From a virus (Duplodnaviria; Caudoviricetes), in the IMG/VR virus record IMGVR_UViG_3300020450_000008: a stretch of 64,000 nucleotides of DNA. One strand, 5' to 3'. The notes under the pieces are model-generated. The model searched no databases, was not told where the DNA came from, and was given only the letters and a program-made list of their open reading frames with translations. The position numbers and the translations under genes are program-made. Positions within the stretch are counted from its first letter, which is position 1. Each line of letters opens with the position of its first letter. Below are positions 47,292 through 55,078 of the stretch, in pieces.

Positions 47292-48230
47292 ATGAATGAA
47301 ACTTTTTTGTGGGTTGAAAAATATCGACCACAGACTGTTGCTGACACTATCCTATCAGATAATTTAAAATCGACTTTTCAAAAGATCGTTGAATCCAAAG
47401 AGATTCCAAACATGTTATTTACTGGTACTGCAGGTACTGGTAAAACTACTGTTGCGAGAGCTTTATGTAATGAACTCGATTTAGATTATATTTTGATAAA
47501 TGGTTCTGAGGAAGGCAACATTGATACACTTAGAACTAAAATAAAACAATTTGCATCGTCTGTATCTCTACAAGGTGGATACAAAGTAGTTATACTCGAT
47601 GAAGCAGATTATCTTAATGCACAATCAACCCAGCCAGCACTTCGTGGATTCATAGAAGAATTTTCGAATAATTGTAGGTTTATTCTTACTTGTAATTTTA
47701 AAAATCGTATTATTGAGCCTCTACATTCAAGATGTTCTGTATATGAATTTAACACTTCTAAAAAAGATTTACAAGGTCTTTGTGCTCAATTTCTTAAACA
47801 CATACAAAAAATTCTTGATAAAGAAAATATTGGTTATGATCAAATGGTCATAGTTGACCTAATTATGAAATATGTACCAGATTGGCGTAGGGTGTTAAAT
47901 GAATTACAAAGATACTCTATCAGCGGTAAAATCGATGCTGGTATCTTAGTTAATCTTAGTGATAAATCTTTTGATGATTTGTTTGGTTATTTAAAATCAA
48001 AAGAATTTAAAAAGATGAGACAATGGGTTGTCAACAATATTGATACAGATGCTTCTTCTATATTTAGAGGAATATATGATAGAATGATTGATAAAGTAAA
48101 ACCACAATCTGTTCCACAATTGGTTTTAATACTTGCTGACTATCAATATAAAAATGCCTTTGTTGCTGATATGGAACTTAACGTTGTAGCATGTATGACA
48201 GAAATAATGGCAAATGTGGAACTTATATAA
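47292..48230 (+). CDS. gp44: Clamp loader large subunit gp44
   Basis: LWVEKYRP, GTGKTT, ILDEAD, SRC motifs. Confidence 0.96.
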   Translation: MNETFLWVEKYRPQTVADTILSDNLKSTFQKIVESKEIPNMLFTGTAGTGKTTVARALCNELDLDYILINGSEEGNIDTLRTKIKQFASSVSLQGGYKVVILDEADYLNAQSTQPALRGFIEEFSNNCRFILTCNFKNRIIEPLHSRCSVYEFNTSKKDLQGLCAQFLKHIQKILDKENIGYDQMVIVDLIMKYVPDWRRVLNELQRYSISGKIDAGILVNLSDKSFDDLFGYLKSKEFKKMRQWVVNNIDTDASSIFRGIYDRMIDKVKPQSVPQLVLILADYQYKNAFVADMELNVVACMTEIMANVELI

Positions 48231-48384
48231 AATATGGCTATATTCTCTGGGATCATACTCAGATGATAAAACAAAACCTTTTGATAACTATATCATATTA
48301 GTTAGAACATCATGGGTTTTGTTACACATCTGTACTTGTCTCATGATTATAGCTGGCAACGGAAAATTATTAGGGTGGTGGTAA
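48214..48384 (+). CDS. Small putative membrane protein (56 aa, not in ORF track): MWNLYKIWLYSLGSYSDD...
   Basis: Overlaps the gp44 stop and abuts the next ATG (TAAATG); hydrophobic C-terminal half; IW..SLG pattern seen in small marine myophage proteins. Confidence 0.6.
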   Translation: MWNLYKIWLYSLGSYSDDKTKPFDNYIILVRTSWVLLHICTCLMIIAGNGKLLGWW

Positions 48385-48783
48385 ATGTTTAAGACTGGAG
48401 CAAACTTATTTACATCAGGTGACTTTATAAGTCATGCTGGTTTACCTTTAAAATGGAAAATAGAATGTGATGCAATCAGACCAGAAGAATGGGATTGTTT
48501 AGCACAAATGATAATGGATTATGAAAAATTTCCGTTTAGAGAAGTAAAAGGAATTCCTACTGGTGGACGGTCTTTAGCTTCTGCTTTGGATAAATATAAG
48601 AGTCCTGATGCTGATGATTTAGTAATGGTAGTTGACGATGTATGGACTACTGGTACGAGCATGCGGGAATTTGTAAAAGATAACTATCCAGGCTATCTTA
48701 GTGCTCAAGTAAAAAAATGGGTTGTATTTGCTAGAAGACCACCTGACGATGGGACAAGAGCTCTATTCACTATGCCTGGTTAA
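48385..48783 (+). CDS. Type I phosphoribosyltransferase, orotate PRTase-like
   Basis: PRPP-binding loop [11 protein letters not shown]; FISHAG, GIPTGG motifs. Confidence 0.75.
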   Translation: MFKTGANLFTSGDFISHAGLPLKWKIECDAIRPEEWDCLAQMIMDYEKFPFREVKGIPTGGRSLASALDKYKSPDADDLVMVVDDVWTTGTSMREFVKDNYPGYLSAQVKKWVVFARRPPDDGTRALFTMPG

Positions 48784-48797
48784 CAAAGGAGAATCCA

Positions 48798-49853
48798 GTG
48801 CGTATAGAAAATGAACAAAAATTAGACTATGGTAATGTTCTTATAAGACCTAAACGATCAACTGCGGGTAGTAGAAAAGAAGTTGAACTTAAAAGAAAAT
48901 TTTCATTTAAATATTCAAATGTTAATGAAGAGTATGATTATACTGGTATTCCTATTATAGCAAGCAATATGGATGGAGTAGGCACTTTTAAAATGGCAGA
49001 TGCTTTAGCTAAACTAGGCTTGATGACTTGTTTAGTAAAAACATATTCAGTAACTGATTTAGTTAATTACTATGATAATAGATTAGATGATTTTGAATTA
49101 AGAACTAATAACGTTATATATTCTATGGGAATAAGTAATAATGATTATGAAAAGTTTGAAAAGGTTTATGAACAGACTGGTAATAATATTAAGTATGTTT
49201 GTATAGACGTTGCAAATGGATATAGTGAAAGATTTTTAAACTTTTGTAAGAAATTTAGAGACACATATCCAGACTTAGTACTTATGGCTGGTAATGTAGT
49301 AACAGGTGAAATGACAGAGGAGTTAATATTAAATGGTACAGATATTGTCAAAGTTGGGATTGGTCCGGGTTCTGTTTGCACGACACGGATTAAAACTGGT
49401 GTTGGTTACCCTCAGCTTAGTGCTGTTATTGAATGCGCTGATGCTGCACATGGTCTTGGAGGACACATCATTGCTGATGGAGGATGTAATTCGCCAGGAG
49501 ATGTTGCTAAAGCTTTTGCAGGAGGAGCTGACTTCGTAATGCTTGGAGGAATGTTAGCAGGACATGACGAAGGTGGCGGTGTTATCAGCACTATCGAAAA
49601 GACTGTTCAATTTTATGGAATGAGTTCTGAAACAGCAAATGAAAAACATTTTGGTGGTCTTAATGACTATAGGGCAGCCGAAGGAAAAGTTGTTGAAATT
49701 CCGTACAAAGGAAAGGTTACTAATACCGTTCAAGAAATACTTGGAGGAATCAGATCAGCTTGCACTTACACTGGAGCAATAAAATTAAAACAATTAAGTA
49801 AATGTACAACTTTTATTAGATGTCATGATACACACAATAGAGTTTACGAATAA
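48798..49853 (+). CDS. guaC: GMP reductase (GTG start)
   Basis: [64 protein letters not shown] motifs; no CBS domains. Confidence 0.9.
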   Translation: MRIENEQKLDYGNVLIRPKRSTAGSRKEVELKRKFSFKYSNVNEEYDYTGIPIIASNMDGVGTFKMADALAKLGLMTCLVKTYSVTDLVNYYDNRLDDFELRTNNVIYSMGISNNDYEKFEKVYEQTGNNIKYVCIDVANGYSERFLNFCKKFRDTYPDLVLMAGNVVTGEMTEELILNGTDIVKVGIGPGSVCTTRIKTGVGYPQLSAVIECADAAHGLGGHIIADGGCNSPGDVAKAFAGGADFVMLGGMLAGHDEGGGVISTIEKTVQFYGMSSETANEKHFGGLNDYRAAEGKVVEIPYKGKVTNTVQEILGGIRSACTYTGAIKLKQLSKCTTFIRCHDTHNRVYE

Positions 49854-49871
49854 CAAAAAATATGGTATAAT
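49843..49871 (+). promoter_or_regulatory. Early/middle promoter TTTACG-N17-(TG)-TATAAT
   Basis: -35 at 49843-49848, -10 at 49866-49871; ATG only 6 nt downstream. Confidence 0.75.
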
Positions 49872-49876
49872 ATATT

Positions 49877-50470
49877 ATGAAACATGCAAGAAATATAATT
49901 TATGATTTTGAAACATTATCTCAAGAGCCTAATGGTGTAGTTACATGCTGCGCTCTTTTAATTTTTGATGAAAAGAAGTTTGACGTCAATAATGATCCAT
50001 ACACGTTTAAAGAACTTGTCGATTCTGCTAAAGTAATTAAACTTGATGTAGAGGATCAAGTAAAAAATTATAAGAGAATAATAACACAAGAAACTTTGGA
50101 TTGGTGGAAATCACAAGGATCTGAAGCTCAGAAATGGATAACACCTTCTGACGAAGATCAAAAGATCTCTAAATTGTACGATTGGTTTTGGGAAAATAAT
50201 CCTACAGATATAAAAAGCTTTTACACCAGAGGAAATACGTTTGATCCTATATTTCTTCAATCACTAATGGAAGCTACAGACAGACCAATGCCATATAATT
50301 GGTGGCAAATAAGAGATACTCGATCTTACATAGAAGGTTTAGCTTGGGGATCAGAATTAATACATGATTATATACCTCCAGGTTGCGAAGGATTTACAAA
50401 ACATGATCCAAAACATGATATAGCGTTAGACGTAATGAGAATGCAAACAATAGCAAGAGCAATAGTATGA
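49877..50470 (+). CDS. dexA: 3'-5' exonuclease, DexA-like (DEDDh)
   Basis: IYDFETL, RGNTFDPIFL, WQIRDTRSYI, HDPKHDIALD motifs. Confidence 0.8.
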   Translation: MKHARNIIYDFETLSQEPNGVVTCCALLIFDEKKFDVNNDPYTFKELVDSAKVIKLDVEDQVKNYKRIITQETLDWWKSQGSEAQKWITPSDEDQKISKLYDWFWENNPTDIKSFYTRGNTFDPIFLQSLMEATDRPMPYNWWQIRDTRSYIEGLAWGSELIHDYIPPGCEGFTKHDPKHDIALDVMRMQTIARAIV

Positions 50471-51219
50471 AACTAACTTTGATAGGCTATGGCTTTGTTG
50501 GAAAAGCAATGCATCATGTTTTAAACAAGTGGCATGATATTAAAATTGTAGATCCAGAATATACAATTCAAGAAATAGAAAATGATTCAGATGGATATAT
50601 TGTTTGTGTACCAACACCAAGTTCGCATGATGGTTCATGTGACTTTTCAATAGTTGAAGATGTAGTAAAACAATGTCCAAAAGATAAACCAATTTTAATA
50701 AAGAGCACTATTAGTTTGGAAGGATGGAGAAACTTACATCAGTATGAAAAGAGTTTAAATTTTAGTCCAGAATTTTTAACAGCAGCAAATTCTATATTAG
50801 ATGCCGAAAGTAAAGAGCATATGTTATTAGGTGGTCCAGATGCTGATTTTTGGAGCGACGTATTTTTAATGTATAAAAAAGTCTTAGCTCCAATTGAAGA
50901 GTTGATATTAACTAAGTATATAATAAATTGTTTTCTTGCGTCAAAGGTTTCTTTCTTTAACGATATATATAAATTATGCAAAAACACCAATATTGATTAT
51001 GATAAAGTATGTGAACTTGTACAGACTGATGATAGGATAGGATCAAGTCATATGCAAGTACCAGGACCAGACGGTCAAATGGGATTTGGTGGTATGTGCT
51101 TTCCTAAAGATACAAAAGCATTAATTCATACTGGAATGCATTTTAGAAGTCCATTGACTTTGTTAAATGAAGTGGTGGCTTTAAACAATTTAGTAAGAGA
51201 AGACGATGAATCACTTTGA
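50467..51219 (+). CDS. UDP-glucose/GDP-mannose dehydrogenase family protein
   Basis: GYGFVG Rossmann motif, VCVPTP, IKST, FSPEFL, KY..NCFLASKVSFFN, GFGGMCFPKD; lacks the C-terminal UDP-binding domain. Confidence 0.9.
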   Translation: MKLTLIGYGFVGKAMHHVLNKWHDIKIVDPEYTIQEIENDSDGYIVCVPTPSSHDGSCDFSIVEDVVKQCPKDKPILIKSTISLEGWRNLHQYEKSLNFSPEFLTAANSILDAESKEHMLLGGPDADFWSDVFLMYKKVLAPIEELILTKYIINCFLASKVSFFNDIYKLCKNTNIDYDKVCELVQTDDRIGSSHMQVPGPDGQMGFGGMCFPKDTKALIHTGMHFRSPLTLLNEVVALNNLVREDDESL

Positions 51220-51586
51220 TTATTTAAAAAGTATAACTGATTCCAAAGAAGACATCATGGTTGATGATCTTGCAGAAAAAGATTATAATGCATTTATGGT
51301 TAACAGAGGGCTATCATATTATAATGATACTGTCATATATGCAAATGAAATGAATAAGAATTCTCATATAGATTCCAGATTACAATTTGATTTCTTAAAA
51401 CAAATAATAAGAAAAAGAAAAAGATTCTCTAAATGGAATAAAGCAGATAAATTAGCTGATATAGAAGTTATTAAAGAATATTACGGTTATTCGAGAGATA
51501 AAGCTTATCAAGTTCTTCCTTTATTATCTAAAGATAAAATTGATCATCTTCGAAAGAAGATCAGTAAAGGTGGTAGAAATCCGTAG
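51206..51586 (+). CDS. gp62: Clamp loader small subunit gp62
   Basis: YNAFMVNRGLS, QFDFL...RKRKRFSKW, IKEYYGYS motifs. Confidence 0.93.
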   Translation: MNHFDYLKSITDSKEDIMVDDLAEKDYNAFMVNRGLSYYNDTVIYANEMNKNSHIDSRLQFDFLKQIIRKRKRFSKWNKADKLADIEVIKEYYGYSRDKAYQVLPLLSKDKIDHLRKKISKGGRNP

Positions 51587-51605
51587 ATTTATAAATAGAT
51601 CTACG
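51582..51605 (+). promoter_or_regulatory. Late promoter TATAAATA (51590-51597) enclosed by inverted repeat cgtagat/atctacg
   Basis: Direct reading of the sequence upstream of regA. Confidence 0.7.
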
Positions 51606-51625
51606 AACAATATAATAAAATAACC

Positions 51626-52051
51626 GTGAGTTTTAAAATGGAAGAACAACAGACTCTTATTGAGTGGAAGCCGGAAGAAATGTTAGAAGTTTCCCTCAAT
51701 GAACCTGACGATTTTTTAAAGGTCAGAGAAACACTTACCAGAATCGGTGTAGCATCAAGAAAAGACAAAAAGCTTTATCAATCTTGCCATATACTACATA
51801 AGCAAGGTCGATATTTTATCGTGCATTTTAAAGAACTTTTTTTATTAGATGGAAAAAAATCTAATTTAGAAGAATCAGATATAGCTAGAAGAAATACAAT
51901 AGCAACTCTTATGAGTGATTGGGGCTTAGTAACAGTAGATAATTTAGATAATCTCGCACCACTAGCGCCCTTAAGACAAATTAAAATTATATCATTTAGA
52001 GATAAAAACGCATGGGAACTTTGTCCGAAGTACAACATCGGGAAAAAGTAA
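51626..52051 (+). CDS. regA: Translational repressor RegA
   Basis: DDFLKVRETLTRIGVAS, LYQSCHILHKQGRYFIVHFKELF motifs. Confidence 0.97.
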   Translation: MSFKMEEQQTLIEWKPEEMLEVSLNEPDDFLKVRETLTRIGVASRKDKKLYQSCHILHKQGRYFIVHFKELFLLDGKKSNLEESDIARRNTIATLMSDWGLVTVDNLDNLAPLAPLRQIKIISFRDKNAWELCPKYNIGKK

Positions 52052-52917
52052 GATTTTACATTTGGACAGATAATAGGTTAACGTATGACTATTATCTGTT
52101 CGATGAAAAATTTACTAATTGCTTTACATCAGTTGAAACAATATTCAGAGATGTTAACGTAGATTATTTTTCAAAATTCAATCCTTCTGAATATAACTTA
52201 ATAGTACTTCCTGTGTGGGATATGGATTCATATTATCATTTGATATACAATATGTCAGATAATTTAAGATCTTTCGCGGTATCAAAAAATATACCAATAG
52301 TACTAGCGGCAGGTGATTCAAATATTTTAGAGGGTAAAGAATTTGATAAACTAAAAACTTGCGGCATACCTTCAAAAAGTTTAAAAATACTAGTAAATGA
52401 ATCTGAAATAAAAAATGATTACATAATATCAATAAATGCTTTTCCTGCAAAGCTTTATAATTTTTTTGGATGGAAACTTCATTATGATTATTTTGAAGCG
52501 TTTAATGTACTACAGCCATTAGATAAAGACTATTATGTTTCAAAAGATGATACGGTGTCTCAATGGTTTGAAACATGGCAGATTAGAAGTTCTGCAATAT
52601 CAGTTTTAGATAAAAAAGTTGAGTATTGGAAAGCTTTAATGTTAGGTGCTCCTTTTATATGGAATTCAGATAAAAAATTAAAAACTTACTTTGAATCATT
52701 TGGTTTTAAAATGTATCCATGGATTGATTACTCGTTTGATGGAGATCCAAAGAAAGTAAAAAAAGAATTAAAAAGACTTTTAAATATCGATAATATTAGA
52801 CTATTTGTTAAAAAAAATTCTTATTATATTAATTTACATAATAAAAGATTATTTCATAAGATAGCATTAAAAGATGATAACTATTCATTTTTTGCAAAAC
52901 AGGTATTTACTTTTTGA
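52012..52917 (+). CDS. Hypothetical protein; C-terminal part resembles GT-B/GT10-like glycosyltransferase segments
   Basis: WKALMLGAPFIW...YFESFGFKMY.WIDYSFD...ELKRL...HN pattern resembles the (TEK).K....PFI..G...L...GF..F...IDESYD family; the TEK motif itself is not conserved. Confidence 0.35.
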   Translation: MGTLSEVQHREKVRFYIWTDNRLTYDYYLFDEKFTNCFTSVETIFRDVNVDYFSKFNPSEYNLIVLPVWDMDSYYHLIYNMSDNLRSFAVSKNIPIVLAAGDSNILEGKEFDKLKTCGIPSKSLKILVNESEIKNDYIISINAFPAKLYNFFGWKLHYDYFEAFNVLQPLDKDYYVSKDDTVSQWFETWQIRSSAISVLDKKVEYWKALMLGAPFIWNSDKKLKTYFESFGFKMYPWIDYSFDGDPKKVKKELKRLLNIDNIRLFVKKNSYYINLHNKRLFHKIALKDDNYSFFAKQVFTF

Positions 52918-52934
52918 ATAAATTATGGTATAAT
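52906..52934 (+). promoter_or_regulatory. Early/middle promoter TTTACT-N17-(TG)-TATAAT
   Basis: -35 at 52906-52911, -10 at 52929-52934, upstream of Hsp20. Confidence 0.8.
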
Positions 52935-53006
52935 AATATTATATATAGTTATAGGCGCTGAATAATCAGGCCTTAAATTTTAACCTTGCTAAATTAGGAG
53001 GCAACA

Positions 53007-53465
53007 ATGACTGGTACTTTTATGTTCCCTAGGAACGCTTTTTTAGGTTTCGACCATCTTTTTGACGAACTCGAAAAAATCACAAATCACGCAAATGACT
53101 CATACCCACCTCACAATGTAATTAAACATGGTGATCACAAGTATGATATAGAATTAGCGATTGCTGGATTCTCTAAGGACGATATTAATATCGAACTAAA
53201 AGAACACGTATTAACGATTAAAGGTGATAGTGGTAAAGAGAAAGATAAAAAATATGTCCACAAAGGCATATCAGGTCGAAAGTTCTATAAATCGTTCAGG
53301 TTATCAGAGTACGCAGAAGTCAGTGGTGCAGATCTAACGGATGGAATCTTAACTGTCAGTATCGAAGTTATTCTACCGAAAGAGAAGCGACCCCAACTTA
53401 TTGAAATAGGAACGGGGAGAAAAACCAATGGCAGTAGTGCTCAATTACTTAATGAAGATCTTTAA
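53007..53465 (+). CDS. Small heat-shock protein Hsp20 (IbpA-like)
   Basis: FLGFDHLFD, YPPHNV, ELAIAGF, HKGISGRKF, DGILTV alpha-crystallin motifs. Confidence 0.95.
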   Translation: MTGTFMFPRNAFLGFDHLFDELEKITNHANDSYPPHNVIKHGDHKYDIELAIAGFSKDDINIELKEHVLTIKGDSGKEKDKKYVHKGISGRKFYKSFRLSEYAEVSGADLTDGILTVSIEVILPKEKRPQLIEIGTGRKTNGSSAQLLNEDL

Positions 53466-53589
53466 TTCAACTAAACTAAATGCTCAGGAGAGATTTCTTT
53501 CACTATCGAAAGATACTGCTGATCTTGAAAGAAGAACTAAAGAACTTATACATTCAACTAAAATACCTACATACAGGTATTGGATTTAA
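53428..53589 (+). CDS. Small protein (53 aa, not in ORF track), DUF3563-like: MAVVLNYLMKIF...ERFLSLSKDTADLERRTKEL
   Basis: RBS ggggag; E.FL..S.D.ADLERR motif; ends just before a hairpin. Confidence 0.6.
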   Translation: MAVVLNYLMKIFNSTKLNAQERFLSLSKDTADLERRTKELIHSTKIPTYRYWI

Positions 53590-53595
53590 TCTAGG

Positions 53596-53615
53596 GAGCG
53601 GGCTTCGGCCCGCTC
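53596..53615 (+). terminator. cUUCGg hairpin, probable terminator
   Basis: gagcgggc-TTCG-gcccgctc perfect 8-bp stem; weak U-tract. Confidence 0.75.
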
Positions 53616-53640
53616 TAAACTTTTAAAAGAGGATAGAACA

Positions 53641-53916
53641 ATGTCAGCTATAGCAACAGCTTTTTTAGAAAGAACCTGTCATATATGCGATGCCGTAAAT
53701 CTTTTTGTATATAAGTTATACATAAAAGCAAAGTGGAGTAAAGAACTTCGTAGAAACTATAATGCGTTTGAAAACCTACTTAGTAAATACGATAGTGAAG
53801 CAGGTTATCATTTAACAAGAATGAACGAAGCAACTAACGAAAAATATCAAAACAAATTAAATGCAACTAAACTAAAACCTTTTAAGTGGGGTTGGGAAGA
53901 TAATGGAGATGACTAA
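53641..53916 (+). CDS. Hypothetical protein
   Basis: RBS gagga; 91-aa ORF coupled to the next gene. Confidence 0.55.
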   Translation: MSAIATAFLERTCHICDAVNLFVYKLYIKAKWSKELRRNYNAFENLLSKYDSEAGYHLTRMNEATNEKYQNKLNATKLKPFKWGWEDNGDD

Positions 53917-54352
53917 TATGAAAAACTTTTATTTAATTCTGATAACAATGTGTTTTATGGGTGGTATGTTTTTATCTGCGAATGCTGCAGATATGTCAAT
54001 AGATATGCTGAACAAACAAGGTAAAGAAAAAATGTTATACAGTGTTAACGTAGCTGAAGTTGACGTTGGAGACACTATTACCTGGCAGCCAAAAGATAAA
54101 GGACATAACGTACAGTTTATCGCTGGTCCTGATGGATGGAAACTTCCAAAGAAGTCTAAGATGAATGCTGTAGTTGAAATTACTTTTGATACTCCAGGTA
54201 TGTATCTTTATCAGTGTACACCACACGCAACAATGGGCATGATCGGCGTTGTAATAGTTGGTGGTGACGTATCTAATAAAGATGCTATTGCTAAAGTTAA
54301 AATTAGAGGCAAAAGTAAAAAGAAACTGAAGAAAATACTGAAAGATATTTAA
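53903..54352 (+). CDS. Pseudoazurin-like blue copper protein with signal peptide (start probably 53917)
   Basis: Type-1 Cu ligands intact: GHNVQF and YQCTPHATMGM; GDTITW; hydrophobic leader ending ANA-A. Confidence 0.9.
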   Translation: MEMTNMKNFYLILITMCFMGGMFLSANAADMSIDMLNKQGKEKMLYSVNVAEVDVGDTITWQPKDKGHNVQFIAGPDGWKLPKKSKMNAVVEITFDTPGMYLYQCTPHATMGMIGVVIVGGDVSNKDAIAKVKIRGKSKKKLKKILKDI

Positions 54353-54367
54353 ACTATAAATTATATT

Positions 54368-54790
54368 ATGAAAATGAAAATACCCGAATTTTGTTTATCA
54401 CAGTGGCTATTAAGACTACCCTTAGCCATTGTGTTCATTCAACAAGGACTTGACAAGATTCCTGTTGATATTGAAACCGCAGAATCATTTGAACTATCCT
54501 ACTTAGTATGGTGGTTTGTAGCTTATGGAGAACTGTTAGCTGGAATCGGATTACTAGTAGGAGGTTTGATGACCAAACCCTACCTTCCAATATTAAATAG
54601 ATGTTATATACCTGACATTGGCGATATGTTAACACGATTTAGTGGTATCACGATGTGTTGTATAATGACTGGTGTCATATGGATTGGCGAGCCAGCAAGC
54701 TTTATGGACGTTCTTCTCTATGATAACCTACATGTCTTTTTATGGGTAGGTGGAACATTTTTTGCTCTACGTGGTAACAGAGCAAAGTAA
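54368..54790 (+). CDS. DoxX-family membrane protein
   Basis: LLRLPLAIVFIQQGLDK, AYGELLAGIGLLVG; multiple transmembrane segments. Confidence 0.8.
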   Translation: MKMKIPEFCLSQWLLRLPLAIVFIQQGLDKIPVDIETAESFELSYLVWWFVAYGELLAGIGLLVGGLMTKPYLPILNRCYIPDIGDMLTRFSGITMCCIMTGVIWIGEPASFMDVLLYDNLHVFLWVGGTFFALRGNRAK

Positions 54791-54808
54791 CACACACAGG
54801 AGGACAAT

Positions 54809-55042
54809 ATGTCTAAAAACCCGTACGAGATACGTCTCGAAACACTTCGCATGGCGAAAGAAATGCTTGATAGATCATTTGAAATGAAATACGATTTCAT
54901 GCGTGAAATGATTGAGCAAGCCAAAGAAACTAATCAACCTATTAAAGATGCATACGACAAGTATGTACCTGATATGTTTAAACCAGAAGAGGTTGTCAAA
55001 AAAGCTGATGAACTCTATAACTATGTGTCAGCCAAAAAATAG
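54809..55042 (+). CDS. Conserved small phage hypothetical protein
   Basis: RBS aggagg; KNPYEIRLETLRMAK...A.ELY.YV motif. Confidence 0.7.
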   Translation: MSKNPYEIRLETLRMAKEMLDRSFEMKYDFMREMIEQAKETNQPIKDAYDKYVPDMFKPEEVVKKADELYNYVSAKK

Positions 55043-55043
55043 G

Positions 55044-55072
55044 TTTACAATTCAACTAAATTATGATATAAT
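55044..55072 (+). promoter_or_regulatory. Early/middle promoter TTTACA-N17-(TG)-TATAAT for gp43
   Basis: -35 at 55044-55049, -10 at 55067-55072; predicted +1 coincides with the ATG at 55079. Confidence 0.8.
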
Positions 55073-55078
55073 TACAGT

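Noticed and set aside
48798-49853. Annotation as IMP dehydrogenase (guaB)
   Set aside because: GuaC-type motifs ([39 protein letters not shown]) fit better, although only phylogeny is decisive.
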